Shown here: positions 28,936 through 39,359 of the stretch, in pieces
Layout of the letters: each line of letters begins with the position of its first letter
Position numbering within the stretch: the first letter of the stretch is position 1
Assembly: GCA_046329925.1 (NCBI GenBank)
Contig: JAXLTS010000011.1
Location: forward strand, 45,307 to 109,306
Direction: 5' to 3'
From: Bacteroidales bacterium
Lineage (GTDB): Bacteria > Bacteroidota > Bacteroidia > Bacteroidales > JAAYUG01
Length of the DNA stretch: 64,000 nucleotides
Made by a program: the position numbers and the translations under genes
The notes under the pieces: generated by a model
What the model was told of the DNA's origin: nothing
Databases searched by the model: none
Seen by the model: the letters and a program-made list of their open reading frames with translations, nothing else

Positions 28936-30537
28936 ATGGAAAAACGTTCGACACCCGGGAGGGCCTCGGCGGATAAACGGACCGGAAGGTCTGACAGACA
29001 GGATTCAGACAGACCCTATCGCAGGAATCAGGATCGTCTTGAAAAAGGACAGGGGTATTCCTCACGCCCTGCACGCAAATCAAGTGAGAAACGAGGAGAA
29101 TCTTCCGAGGAACGATCAAGTTCCGGAACCGGTAATTCCCGGTATGGCAGACCTTCCCGCCCGGCGTCAAAAACCGGTAGTGGGAAATCGTCCTATGGCA
29201 GATCTGAGTCCCCGTATCCCCGCAAAACAAGGGAATCCAGGGAGAGCAGGGATTCTGACGACAGGGACAAAAGAGACAACAGTTCATCCCCCCGCCCCTG
29301 GTCAAAAACCAGCAGGTCTGGTTCAACCAAAGGGCGTTCGGCCTCTTCATTTCCTAAAAAGTCAAGGGATTCAAGAGAAAACAGGGCAGATGACGAATCC
29401 GGAAAAAGAAATTTCAGACCAGGACCCCGCACAAATTCCAAAACGCGAGGATTCGGTAAGCGGGAGGAACAATCAGGATCATCCTACCCGGGAAAAAGAA
29501 GGGATTCCGGCTTTGGCCGGGATATGGATGAATACAGGAATACCCGGAACAGCCGTTTTACCAGCGAAGATTCTGCTGATGGCACCGGGCAGGAGCATAC
29601 TGAACAGACGGGGTACAGATCAAAACGCACAAACAATCCCAATTACGGAAAACCTTATGTAAAAAGAGCATCCAGGGACCGGGACAGTGATTCAAAACGT
29701 CCGGGGAGATTTTCCTCTGAAAAAGTGCCGAAGAGAGCATTCCGCGGATCGGAAGGCAGATCTTCCTCGCCGGCAAAGAGAACAACTTCACGCGAGAACA
29801 AACCTAAAACCAGCGACGAAGGAGGTTTCCGCCTGAATAAATATGTAGCCTCCACAGGACTGTGCTCCCGCAGAGAGGCCGATGAAATGATCAAACAAGG
29901 CCTGATCTCGGTAAACGGAAACATAGTTACCGAATTGGGTGTTAAAATTGGTCCGGATGATGAGGTGCGATTCAATGGTGCGATCCTGAAAGAAGAGCGG
30001 AAGGTGTATATCCTCCTGAACAAACCAAAGGATGTTACCACCACCACTGAGGATCCCCATGCCAAACTAACGGTGCTCGACCTGGTGCGCAATGCCTGCA
30101 AGGAACGAATCTTCCCGGTAGGGAGACTCGACCGCTCCACCACAGGAGTTCTGCTGCTCACCAACGACGGTGAACTGGCCAAAAAACTCACCCATCCGAA
30201 GTATAACAAGAGAAAGGTATATCATGTTTTTCTCGACAAGAAGCTGAAGAATGAAGATTTCAGGAAGATCACGGATGGGGTGATGCTGGAAGACGGTTTT
30301 GTAAAGCCCGATGAAATGCATTTTGTGGAAGAAGACGATCATACCCAGGTTGGAATAGAGATTCATTCAGGGCGAAACAGGATTGTACGAAGAATATTCG
30401 AACACTTCGATTACCGGATTAAAAAGCTTGACCGGGTTTATTTTGCCGGGCTCACGAAAAAAGGTGTGGAACGTGGTCATTGGCGCTTCCTTACTGAACG
30501 GGAAATCAAGATGCTCAAGACAGGAGCTTACGAATAA
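28936..30537 (+). CDS. rluB: rRNA pseudouridine synthase, RluB/RsuA family, with long N-terminal Arg/Ser/Asp-rich disordered extension
   Basis: S4 domain (FRLNKYVASTGLCSRREADEMIKQGLISVNG); catalytic core (VYILLNKPKDVTTT...FPVGRLDRSTTGVLLLTNDGELA); preceding roughly 300 aa are low-complexity R/S/D/K. The ORF-track start at 28825 is probably spurious and the ATG at 28936 (MEKRST) is more likely. Confidence 0.8.
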   Translation: MEKRSTPGRASADKRTGRSDRQDSDRPYRRNQDRLEKGQGYSSRPARKSSEKRGESSEERSSSGTGNSRYGRPSRPASKTGSGKSSYGRSESPYPRKTRESRESRDSDDRDKRDNSSSPRPWSKTSRSGSTKGRSASSFPKKSRDSRENRADDESGKRNFRPGPRTNSKTRGFGKREEQSGSSYPGKRRDSGFGRDMDEYRNTRNSRFTSEDSADGTGQEHTEQTGYRSKRTNNPNYGKPYVKRASRDRDSDSKRPGRFSSEKVPKRAFRGSEGRSSSPAKRTTSRENKPKTSDEGGFRLNKYVASTGLCSRREADEMIKQGLISVNGNIVTELGVKIGPDDEVRFNGAILKEERKVYILLNKPKDVTTTTEDPHAKLTVLDLVRNACKERIFPVGRLDRSTTGVLLLTNDGELAKKLTHPKYNKRKVYHVFLDKKLKNEDFRKITDGVMLEDGFVKPDEMHFVEEDDHTQVGIEIHSGRNRIVRRIFEHFDYRIKKLDRVYFAGLTKKGVERGHWRFLTEREIKMLKTGAYE

Positions 30538-30577
30538 ACTGCTGATTTACAGCTCCACGAAACACTTTTTTCATAAC

Positions 30578-30620
30578 GGTCCGGATCTATCCCACAGGGA
30601 GGGTCCGGACTTCTTTTTTT
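30578..30620 (+). terminator. Rho-independent terminator after rluB
   Basis: Hairpin ggtccggatc...gggtccggac followed by ttcttttttt. Confidence 0.55.
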
Positions 30621-30658
30621 ATTATCTTTAATACCTTAATCATTTATACCACGAACCC

Positions 30659-31246
30659 ATGACTACCGATCTCAGCAGTTGGTGGGAAGGCTTGTCGGCG
30701 ATTGCCCGTATTTACTGGATAATTGCACTTCCCTTCACCATCATTTTTATCATCCAGCTTATTCTCACCTTCGTCGGTGGGGATCTGCACAGCGATGTGG
30801 CCGACGGGCATGCCGATACCTCAGTTGGTGATGACAGCGGCATCCATTTTCAATTTATCTCCATTAAGAACCTGATTGCCTTCTTCACCGTATTCGGATG
30901 GAGTGGATTGGGTTGTATCAGCAGCGGGATGGGCGTCCTGGCCATCATACTCATCTCAACTCTCAGCGGACTGCTTATGATGGTCATCATGGCCAGTCTC
31001 TTCTTTTTCATTGCCAGGCTGGCATACAGCGGCAATCTGAACATCAATAAGGCTGTTGGACGAACAGCATCCGTTTACCTGCGGATTCCTCCCAAAAGAA
31101 GTTCCAGCGGTAAGATTCAGATCAACCTCCAGGGATTTCGTACGCTGGATGTACTTACCGATGATCCCGAAGAGATTCCTACCGGTGCGATAGTGCAGGT
31201 TACACAGGTTCTGGGAGAAGACCTGCTACTGGTTAAGCGCATGTAA
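30659..31246 (+). CDS. NfeD-family membrane protein (short form, OB-fold C-terminus)
   Basis: Three TM helices, then C-terminal beta-domain (GRTASVYLRIPP...GKIQINLQGFRTLDVLTDDPEEIPTGAIVQVTQVLGEDLLLVKR). Immediately upstream of the flotillin gene, a conserved pairing. Confidence 0.7.
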   Translation: MTTDLSSWWEGLSAIARIYWIIALPFTIIFIIQLILTFVGGDLHSDVADGHADTSVGDDSGIHFQFISIKNLIAFFTVFGWSGLGCISSGMGVLAIILISTLSGLLMMVIMASLFFFIARLAYSGNLNINKAVGRTASVYLRIPPKRSSSGKIQINLQGFRTLDVLTDDPEEIPTGAIVQVTQVLGEDLLLVKRM

Positions 31247-31297
31247 TCATACCCGCATCCGCAATTCTTACTAAACCACATAACAAATTTTAAGCAT

Positions 31298-32704
31298 ATG
31301 AATGCCTATTTTGCGATTATTGTCGTTGTAGCGATTGTCTTTGTCTTTATTCTCATTGTTTCACTGTTCAAGCGTTACAAACGGTGTCCTTCCGACAGAA
31401 TCCTGGTTGTATACGGTAAAATTGGCCGTAGTGCACAGGACGAAAGACGTTCAGCCAAATGTATCCATGGGGGTGCAGCCTTTATATGGCCTATCATCCA
31501 GGACTACTCCTTTCTCGATCTTACACCCTTTTCGATCGAGATTAACCTCACCAATGCCCTGAGTAAACAAAACATTCGCGTAAATGTACCCTCCAGGTTC
31601 ACCGTGGGTGTATCCACTGAACCTGGTGTTATGGATAATGCCGCTGAGCGGCTTCTGGGTCTTACCCAGGAAAATGTTTCCGACCTTGCCAAGGACATCA
31701 TCTTCGGGCAACTTCGTCTGGTGGTGGCTACCATGGATATTGAGGAAATCAACAGCAATCGCGACAAGTTCCTTGCTGCTGTGTCTTCGAACGTGGAGGC
31801 TGAATTGAAAAAGATCGGTCTGAAGCTGATTAACGTAAACGTCACTGATATCAAGGACGAATCGGGCTATATTGAGGCCCTGGGAAAAGAAGCTGCAGCG
31901 AAGGCTATCAATGATGCAAAGAAAACAGTAGCAGAAAAGAACAGGGATGGAGCGATCGGGGAGGCCGTTGCTTTGCAGGATCAGCGTATCCAGGTATCAC
32001 AGGCAAATGCAGCAGCAGTTGAAGGGGAGAACCAGGCCAAGATCACCATTGCCAATTCAAATGCCGAACGAAGAACACGGGAGGCCGATGCAGAACGTAA
32101 AGCTATTGCTGCCGAAAAAGTGAATGCAGCCAAAGCGCTCCAGGAGGCATACGATGCCGAGAAAAATGCAGAAATGGTACGTGCCGAACGTGACAAGAGT
32201 TCTCAGGTTGCGGACATCATCGTACCTGCACAAATCGACAAACAGCGAATCGAAATAGCCGCGGAGGCAGATGCCGAAAGAATCCGCCGCACTGCCAAAG
32301 GGGATGCCGATGCCATTTTTGTGAAAATGGAAGCCGAAGCACGCGGTAACCTGGAGATCCTCACCAAACAGGCAACAGGATTTAAAGAACTGGTGGAGGC
32401 TGCCGGAGATAACTCACGCGATGCCGTTCTGCTCCTCATTGCCGATAAACTGCCCGAGATCGTCAAGACCCAGGTTGAAGCCATCAAGAACCTGAAAATC
32501 GACAAGGTTACGGTCTGGGACAACATGTCCTCCGGGAAAGACGGAAAATCATCATCCACCGCCTCATTCCTCTCCAGTCTTCTGGGTTCACTGCCTCCGC
32601 TGGATGCAGTTTTCCGGTCTGCAGGACTGGAACTCCCAACCTATCTGAAAGGGCAGACCGTCAATGAGGATACACCGGATAAGGAATCTGACAAGAAGGA
32701 ATAG
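31298..32704 (+). CDS. Flotillin-like SPFH/band-7 protein
   Basis: N-terminal TM, SPFH domain, long Ala/Glu-rich coiled-coil (EAEA-type repeats), C-terminal flotillin-like tail. Confidence 0.8.
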   Translation: MNAYFAIIVVVAIVFVFILIVSLFKRYKRCPSDRILVVYGKIGRSAQDERRSAKCIHGGAAFIWPIIQDYSFLDLTPFSIEINLTNALSKQNIRVNVPSRFTVGVSTEPGVMDNAAERLLGLTQENVSDLAKDIIFGQLRLVVATMDIEEINSNRDKFLAAVSSNVEAELKKIGLKLINVNVTDIKDESGYIEALGKEAAAKAINDAKKTVAEKNRDGAIGEAVALQDQRIQVSQANAAAVEGENQAKITIANSNAERRTREADAERKAIAAEKVNAAKALQEAYDAEKNAEMVRAERDKSSQVADIIVPAQIDKQRIEIAAEADAERIRRTAKGDADAIFVKMEAEARGNLEILTKQATGFKELVEAAGDNSRDAVLLLIADKLPEIVKTQVEAIKNLKIDKVTVWDNMSSGKDGKSSSTASFLSSLLGSLPPLDAVFRSAGLELPTYLKGQTVNEDTPDKESDKKE

Positions 32705-32726
32705 CCGGGTATTAATTATCCCAAGG

Positions 32727-32754
32727 AAGCCGGGAAAATCCCGGCTTTTTTTAT
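32727..32754 (+). terminator. Rho-independent terminator after the flotillin gene
   Basis: aagccgggaaaatcccggctt followed by ttttttta. Confidence 0.6.
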
Positions 32755-32842
32755 TATTTACTGACGCCGAAGGGTTTCCATGGATCCGATGCAAGGGTAA
32801 TTCAGGATTTCTTTGTAATTTTGCATCCTCCTTAAACATCCT

Positions 32843-33724
32843 ATGGAACACAAGGCCGGATTTGTCAATATCATCGGGAATCCCAATGTAGGGAAATCCA
32901 CCCTCATGAATACCATGCTGGGTGAGAAACTTTCCATCGTTACTCCCAAGAACCAGACCACGCGCCATCGTATCATGGGAATTGCAAGCACTCCTGAATA
33001 CCAGATCGTATTCAGCGATACCCCCGGCATCCTGAAGCCTCACTACAAGTTACAGGAAAGCATGATGAAGACCATCGGGGTAGCCCTCACGGATGCTGAC
33101 ATCATTTTGTACATCACTGACGTAGTAGAGACCTGGGATAAGAACAACCACACCATTGAACGTCTCAAAAAATCGGAAGTCCCGGTCCTGGTCCTTCTGA
33201 ACAAGATCGATCTTTCCAACCAGGAGAAAGTGACAGAACTGATCAGCCATTGGCAGGAAGTATTACCAACTGCAGAAGTCTATCCCATCTCGGCCCTGCT
33301 GGGAGCCAATGTGGAACTGGTGCGGGAACGGATACTCTCCCTCCTGCCTGTTCACCCGCCATACTTTCCACCGGATGAGATAACCGACCGCTCCGAACGA
33401 TTCTTCGTTTCCGAAATAATCCGGGAGAAGATATTTTTCAATTATAAGGAAGAAATCCCCTACAGTACCCAGGTGGAAATCGAATCGTTTATCGAAGAAA
33501 AAGACATTACCCGTATCTCTGCCGTGATTTATGTTATGCGTGATTCACAGAAGGGAATCCTGATCGGTAAAAAAGGTGATCAGCTCAAAAGGACTGCCAC
33601 CGCTGCCCGGAAGGAAATGGAACATTTCCTTGGCCGGAAAGTTTTCCTGGAGATATTTGTGAAGGTGAATGAGAACTGGCGGGATAATCCGCAGTCGCTG
33701 CAGAAATTTGGTTACGAATCCTGA
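32843..33724 (+). CDS. era: GTPase Era
   Basis: G1 [10 protein letters not shown]3 DTPG, G4 NKID; C-terminal KH domain; 293 aa. Confidence 0.9.
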   Translation: MEHKAGFVNIIGNPNVGKSTLMNTMLGEKLSIVTPKNQTTRHRIMGIASTPEYQIVFSDTPGILKPHYKLQESMMKTIGVALTDADIILYITDVVETWDKNNHTIERLKKSEVPVLVLLNKIDLSNQEKVTELISHWQEVLPTAEVYPISALLGANVELVRERILSLLPVHPPYFPPDEITDRSERFFVSEIIREKIFFNYKEEIPYSTQVEIESFIEEKDITRISAVIYVMRDSQKGILIGKKGDQLKRTATAARKEMEHFLGRKVFLEIFVKVNENWRDNPQSLQKFGYES

Positions 33725-33732
33725 AAGAATCC

Positions 33733-35049
33733 ATGAATAGAATCGTCGCAATTGTTGGTCGTCCAAATGTGGGCAAATCAACCCTTTTTAACCGGCTTAC
33801 CGAGACCCAGCAAGCTATAGTGGATGAACAAGCCGGAGTTACCCGCGACCGTCTGTACGGCAAATGCATCTGGAACGGCGTGGAATTTTCCGTAATTGAT
33901 ACGGGAGGATATATCCACGGATCGGAAGATGTTTTCGAGGAAGAAATCCGCAAGCAGGTGGTACTTGCGCTGGAAGAGTCGGACGTAGTGCTGTTTCTCA
34001 CCGATGCCATGGAAGGGATTACTCACATGGATGAAGCAGTGGCTGATCTCCTCCGGCAGAGCGGCAAACCCGTGTTACTTATCGTTAACAAAGTCGATAA
34101 TCATGACCTCAGGCACAATGCCCATGAGTTTTACAGTCTCGGGCTGGGTGATCCAAACTGCATATCTTCCATCAACGGAAGCGGAACCGGCGATCTTCTT
34201 GATGCACTGGTAAACAGTTTCAAAAAAGCTGAACCGGGAGAACAGACAGAAAACTTTGACGAACTCCCGAAAATTGCCATCGTCGGGCGACCCAACGTTG
34301 GAAAATCATCCCTCACTAATGCATTTCTGGGTGAGGAACGGAATATTGTAACACCCATCGCAGGAACCACACGCGATTCAATCTATACCCGGTATAATAA
34401 ATTCGGTCATGAATTTTTTCTGATCGACACAGCCGGACTTCGGAAGAAAGCCAAAGTAACCGAGGACCTTGAATTTTATTCTGTGCTGCGTTCCATCCGC
34501 GCCATCGAAAATGCAGATGTATGCCTGCTGCTCCTCGATGCCACACAGGGGCTGGAGTCGCAGGACATGAATATCTTCAGTCTCATCAAAAAAAACAATA
34601 AGGGGTTGGTGATTCTCGTGAACAAGTGGGATCTGATCGAGAAAGACAATAAAACCACCGACCAGTGGAAAAAAATGCTCGAATCCAGGATTGCACCATT
34701 CAATGATGTTCCCATCATTTTCACCTCGGTAGTTTCCAAACAGCGTATCCACAAAGCACTGGAATCCGCCATTGAAGTATTCGAAAACCGCCGGCAACGC
34801 ATTTCCACTTCCAAATTGAATGAATTCCTGGAAGAGGTAGTGGATAACTACCCGCCGCCTGCGAACAAAGGAAAATATATTAAGATAAAATACGTTACAC
34901 AATTACCCACACCCACTCCTATGTTTGCCTTTTTCTGCAACCTGCCGCAGTACATCAAGGAACCCTACAAGAGGTACCTGGAAAATAAAATGAGGGAAAA
35001 ATTTAACTTTACAGGCGTTCCAATCCAGATTTTTTTCCGGAAAAAATGA
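33733..35049 (+). CDS. der: Ribosome-biogenesis GTPase Der (EngA), tandem GTPase domains + KH-like C-terminus
   Basis: Two P-loops (GRPNVGKST and GRPNVGKSS), two NKxD motifs (NKVD, NKWD). Confidence 0.9.
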   Translation: MNRIVAIVGRPNVGKSTLFNRLTETQQAIVDEQAGVTRDRLYGKCIWNGVEFSVIDTGGYIHGSEDVFEEEIRKQVVLALEESDVVLFLTDAMEGITHMDEAVADLLRQSGKPVLLIVNKVDNHDLRHNAHEFYSLGLGDPNCISSINGSGTGDLLDALVNSFKKAEPGEQTENFDELPKIAIVGRPNVGKSSLTNAFLGEERNIVTPIAGTTRDSIYTRYNKFGHEFFLIDTAGLRKKAKVTEDLEFYSVLRSIRAIENADVCLLLLDATQGLESQDMNIFSLIKKNNKGLVILVNKWDLIEKDNKTTDQWKKMLESRIAPFNDVPIIFTSVVSKQRIHKALESAIEVFENRRQRISTSKLNEFLEEVVDNYPPPANKGKYIKIKYVTQLPTPTPMFAFFCNLPQYIKEPYKRYLENKMREKFNFTGVPIQIFFRKK

Positions 35050-35600
35050 AAAGGCTGATTGTAAATAATTACCTCCGATATGTTTTCTCGCCACTCGGGA
35101 AAGGAATTCTTGTTGTTGCAGGAATACTCCTGGTGAATGCCTGCATGGACATAAAGAGCTACCCGGAAGAGCCGATTATCAAATACAAGGAATTCAGATA
35201 CGATGATACCACCCTGGTCTTCACCTTTACTGACGGAGATGGAAATTTCGGGATTCCTTCCTGGGACAGTTTTTACCCGTTCAACGAGGGGGGACCGTAC
35301 TATCATAACTTAATAGTATCATTTGAAGAGAAAGCTGATACCGGATTCAGACCGGTAAATCTGCCCTATCCTGGTTTATCAAATATGCGTATCATGGATG
35401 TACCCCAGCCAACCGGGCAGAACAAGACGCAGCGGGGAACCATTGAGTATAACTTCGGAAGGGTAATGGTTTTTGAGTTCTCCTTCCCGGACACTTTCCG
35501 GTTTACCTTCTTTATTTATGATTACACGAAGAACAAGAGTAATATAGTCTCCACCCCTCCCCTGAGCTATATTGGCTGGGACAGTGCCAGTATAAAGTAG
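35046..35600 (+). CDS. Hypothetical lipoprotein (4-nt overlap with der)
   Basis: Signal/lipobox LLVNAC; 184 aa; ATGA overlap with the der stop suggests co-translation. Confidence 0.5.
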   Translation: MKRLIVNNYLRYVFSPLGKGILVVAGILLVNACMDIKSYPEEPIIKYKEFRYDDTTLVFTFTDGDGNFGIPSWDSFYPFNEGGPYYHNLIVSFEEKADTGFRPVNLPYPGLSNMRIMDVPQPTGQNKTQRGTIEYNFGRVMVFEFSFPDTFRFTFFIYDYTKNKSNIVSTPPLSYIGWDSASIK

Positions 35601-35614
35601 TGCTTTAAGAGAGC

Positions 35615-36805
35615 TTAATCCACCAGTTTTTTTACCAGGTCCGCAGCTTCCTGCAGTGTAATTGCCGAAAAAACCTTTAGTCCTGACTCATCAATCAGTT
35701 TTTTAGCTTCTACCGCATTGGTTCCCTGCAGCCTCACAATTACGGGAACAGGAATATTCCCGATAGATTTATAGGCATCCACCACACCCTGGGCCACCCG
35801 GTCACAGCGCACGATTCCCCCAAATATATTGATTAGGATTGCCTTTACGAGGGGATCTTTGAGAATGATGCGAAAACCTGCTTCCACAGTCTGTGCATTG
35901 GCGTTACCTCCCACATCCAGGAAGTTGGCAGGCCTGCCACCGCTCAGTTTAATGATATCCATTGTAGCCATGGCGAGTCCGGCACCATTTACCATGCAGC
36001 CTACATTTCCGTCCAGTTTGATAAAATTCAAACCGAAGGCTGAGGCTTCCACCTCCGTAGGATCTTCTTCATGAAGGTCGCGCATTTCCATGTATTCAGG
36101 ATGCCTGTAAAGGGCATTGTCATCGAGATTTACCTTGCTGTCGGCAGCATAAATAAGATCATCGGAAGTTTTAAGGACAGGGTTGATCTCAAACAGGGTT
36201 GCATCACAGCTCAGGTATGCCTTGTACAAAGCCTGTACAAACCGGATCATTTCCTTAAAGGCTTTTCCGGTTAATCCCAGGTTGAAAGCAATTTTGCGTG
36301 CCTGGAAGTCGGCCAGTCCAACGGCAGGATCCACCTCTTCCTTAAAAATGAGCTGAGGAGTTTTTTCGGCTACGGTTTCGATATCCATTCCCCCTTCGGT
36401 GGAATACATGATGATATTCCTGCCGGTAGCCCTGTTGAGCAGGATACTCATATAGAATTCCCTTACAGGAGAAGGACCGGGGTAATAAATTCCCTGTTCA
36501 ATAAGGAGTTTACGAACCAGCTTCCCTTCGGCACCCGTTTGATGGGTTACCAGTGTCATTCCCAGGATAGCGGATGCATGCTGCTGCACCTCCTCCAGGG
36601 ATCTGGCAATTTTAACCCCTCCTCCCTTTCCGCGTCCGCCGGCATGTATCTGTGCCTTAACGGCCCAGGTGGTGGTACCTGTTTTTTCCTGTACCTGCCT
36701 TGCAGCATCCAATGCTGCATCAGCATGCTCAATAATTCTGCCTTCGGGAACTGCTACACCGGCTTTGCGGAGTATTTCCTTGCCCTGGAATTCATGAATA
36801 TTCAT
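35615..36805 (-). CDS. sucC: Succinate--CoA ligase (ADP-forming) beta subunit
   Basis: MNIHEFQGKEILRKAGVAVPEG start; ATP-grasp and CoA-ligase motifs; 396 aa. Confidence 0.9.
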   Translation of the reverse strand: MNIHEFQGKEILRKAGVAVPEGRIIEHADAALDAARQVQEKTGTTTWAVKAQIHAGGRGKGGGVKIARSLEEVQQHASAILGMTLVTHQTGAEGKLVRKLLIEQGIYYPGPSPVREFYMSILLNRATGRNIIMYSTEGGMDIETVAEKTPQLIFKEEVDPAVGLADFQARKIAFNLGLTGKAFKEMIRFVQALYKAYLSCDATLFEINPVLKTSDDLIYAADSKVNLDDNALYRHPEYMEMRDLHEEDPTEVEASAFGLNFIKLDGNVGCMVNGAGLAMATMDIIKLSGGRPANFLDVGGNANAQTVEAGFRIILKDPLVKAILINIFGGIVRCDRVAQGVVDAYKSIGNIPVPVIVRLQGTNAVEAKKLIDESGLKVFSAITLQEAADLVKKLVD

Positions 36806-37010
36806 AATAATTGGACATTTAACAGTCCGGCTAAAATACCCATTTTTTTATCATTTTCATGTAATCATCCCGCCTGTTCGGTAGCATTCCCGGCTGAAAA
36901 AGGGTAGTCTGACAGAGAATCAGATTCAGGGGCAGGACACATCCCGCTCCGCCGGGAATGCCTATCTTCGCACCGGAAATTTCCGTGTTACGAAGCACCT
37001 GTTAACCGAG

Positions 37011-37538
37011 ATGAAAAAATTAAAAAACAGCGAACTTCAGCGTAAATCGATTGCCGAGTTCAAAACAGCCGAAAAAATTCCGCTTGTGGTTGTCCTGGAT
37101 AATATACGCAGCCAGAATAATATCGGCTCGATATTCCGAACCAGTGATGCTTTCCTGGTGGAAGAGGTCATTTTATGTGGGATTACGGCAGTACCGCCGC
37201 ACCCGGAGATTCATAAAACTGCGCTGGGTTCAACCGATTCGGTAAACTGGAGATATATGAACAGTACACTGGAGGCAGTGACATTCCTGCGGGCAAGGGG
37301 TTACCGTATCCTGGCTATCGAACAGGCGGAAGGAAGTATTATGCTGGGAGACTATCAGCCCGAGGCAGGGGTAGGACAGGCAGTAATATTCGGACATGAA
37401 ATACACGGGGTTGCCCAGGACGTGATGGACTCATGCGATCATTGCCTGGAGATTCCCCAATACGGCACCAAGCACTCCCTCAATATCAGCGTATGCGCGG
37501 GGATGGTGATCTGGGAGTTCTTTAAAAAATTAAGCTAA
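37011..37538 (+). CDS. SpoU/TrmH-family RNA 2'-O-methyltransferase
   Basis: VVLDNIRSQNNIGSIFRTSDAF and C-terminal SpoU motifs (LNISVCAGMVIWEF). Confidence 0.8.
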   Translation: MKKLKNSELQRKSIAEFKTAEKIPLVVVLDNIRSQNNIGSIFRTSDAFLVEEVILCGITAVPPHPEIHKTALGSTDSVNWRYMNSTLEAVTFLRARGYRILAIEQAEGSIMLGDYQPEAGVGQAVIFGHEIHGVAQDVMDSCDHCLEIPQYGTKHSLNISVCAGMVIWEFFKKLS

Positions 37539-37580
37539 AAAAAAGAGAGGCTGACCAGTGGTCAGCCTCTCCTGTTTTAT
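37537..37580. terminator. Bidirectional terminator between the spoU-family gene and the convergent lipoprotein gene
   Basis: aaaaaaaa-gagaggctgacc agt ggtcagcctctc-ctgtttta: 12-bp perfect stem flanked by an A-run and a T-run. Confidence 0.65.
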
Positions 37581-37592
37581 GCAAGTGTATGT

Positions 37593-39359
37593 TTATTCAA
37601 CAATAGCCTTGAATGCTTCGTTGGCAACATATTTCCTGAATTCGAGATCAGTTTTGGCTTTTGCCTTCAGGCTGGCATCTTTGCCAACTGCAGTACGCAG
37701 GTTGGTAAAGAGAACTTCGGTGTTGTCACCACGGGCGCCAATGACAGCTTTCAGGTAGTAAACCTTGGCATCATCGCTCTTCACATTGCTCAGAGTAGAC
37801 ATGGCACCGTCGGTATCCTTGTTGAGGAATTTGGCCAGGGCGGTATTGAATTCGGGAGTATTTCCGAAATACTTCACAGCAACATCGTAGTTTCCTTTGA
37901 TGATCTGGATAATACCGTTGTTATAGTTGGCAACATCCACATTCTGTGCAACAGCTGTAAACAGATTGCCTGATGTTTCGAGGTCACCCTGCATGAGAGC
38001 TACTACACCCAGGTTGTTTTTCACGATGTCAAGATCCTTGATAGCCTGTGCTTTTTCGAAGGCAACTTTTGCTTCAGCAGGTTTGTTCATGAGAACATAA
38101 ATGAACCCAACATTATTCTGAGCTCTAACGCAGCCAGGGAACTTGTCGGCAGCCTTCTGGTAGATAGCCAGTTTCTGTTCGTTGCTGGTAGCGAGTTTAC
38201 CGCCGGCATAGAGCAGTTCTTCCAACTGGAGGCTATCGGGATTGCTTGCGAAGAGCGCCAGGATTTCCTCATCGGAATGTCCTACAACGTCAACCTTGGC
38301 AGTAATTTTGGAACGGCGCAGCTGAGGAAGAATCTGTTCAGCGATTTCTTCAAAGGTAGCAGCCATGTTCTTGATTTCTTTCTCACGAACAACCGGATCC
38401 TGGTACATGGACAGTACGCGCAGAACGAGTTCCTTGTCCTTGATGGTTGATGCTTCCAGAAGAGCCTTGAAGCCGTCCCAGTCCTCAGGTGTATTGAGGA
38501 GGGTCCAGAGCTCGTTCTTTTCAGCATCGGTCATTTTAGCTTTTTTGAGTTCTTTCTTGAGATAATCGGCAGCGGTTTTCTGACGATCCTTAGAAAGATC
38601 GGTATTCAGGTCGAGCGGACCATCGGGTGAAGCATAGGCAGAAACTTCAATTCCCTTAAGCTGTTTTGCAGGATTGGCCTGGGTAGCCTTAATGTAATCC
38701 TGAAGTTTCTTGATACCATCTTTTTTGGTTTCGGCAGCACGAACATCAGCTTTGTTGATCATGTAAAGGATCTCTGACTGATAGGAATCGGAGGTGGTGC
38801 GTACAAACTTATCGCCCATGCTGATCGGTTTGGGATCGATCATAACGAGTTTCTGGCTGTTAAGAACCCCTGCACCAACGGTTACGTCAGGAAGAGCAAT
38901 TTTCTTGGTTTCCTTACCGGCAAACCATGCTTCAGCTTTAATTACTAAAGTCGAGGTTGCCATGTCATCCGTGTATGCAATGGGTTTGAAGGTATTAGCT
39001 GTATAGGGGCCTCCCTCAAGGTATTTAATCTTGGGATTGTTACCTTCTACGCTTTCACCTTGCACTGTAAAGGATTCCAGAGCAATTTCCTTACCCCCAT
39101 ACTGGAGCACGGGAGTCATCTGCATAACAGCCTTTTTCTGGAAGAATTTACCAGGATAGGAAACTTTTACCGAAGCTAGGGAAACATCGTTACCTTTTAA
39201 TTCAAGTGGATTAGGTGATGCTTCATACTTGATAAGACTGGCAGCTTTTTTCATTTTGTCGAGGCTGCCACAGCTGCTGAGCAGGAGGATACCTGCGAGG
39301 AACAAAGCAAAATAGCTGATGCTGTGTTTTTTCATGATTTCAGAATTATTGGTTTTCAA
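37593..39359 (-). CDS. Lipoprotein with degenerate OmpA-like segment and C-terminal TPR repeats
   Basis: Lipobox LLSSCGS; IEVSAYASPDGPLDLNTDLSKDRQKTAADYLKKEL resembles an OmpA_C-like motif; TPR-like repeats at the C-terminus. Confidence 0.5.
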   Translation of the reverse strand: MKTNNSEIMKKHSISYFALFLAGILLLSSCGSLDKMKKAASLIKYEASPNPLELKGNDVSLASVKVSYPGKFFQKKAVMQMTPVLQYGGKEIALESFTVQGESVEGNNPKIKYLEGGPYTANTFKPIAYTDDMATSTLVIKAEAWFAGKETKKIALPDVTVGAGVLNSQKLVMIDPKPISMGDKFVRTTSDSYQSEILYMINKADVRAAETKKDGIKKLQDYIKATQANPAKQLKGIEVSAYASPDGPLDLNTDLSKDRQKTAADYLKKELKKAKMTDAEKNELWTLLNTPEDWDGFKALLEASTIKDKELVLRVLSMYQDPVVREKEIKNMAATFEEIAEQILPQLRRSKITAKVDVVGHSDEEILALFASNPDSLQLEELLYAGGKLATSNEQKLAIYQKAADKFPGCVRAQNNVGFIYVLMNKPAEAKVAFEKAQAIKDLDIVKNNLGVVALMQGDLETSGNLFTAVAQNVDVANYNNGIIQIIKGNYDVAVKYFGNTPEFNTALAKFLNKDTDGAMSTLSNVKSDDAKVYYLKAVIGARGDNTEVLFTNLRTAVGKDASLKAKAKTDLEFRKYVANEAFKAIVE

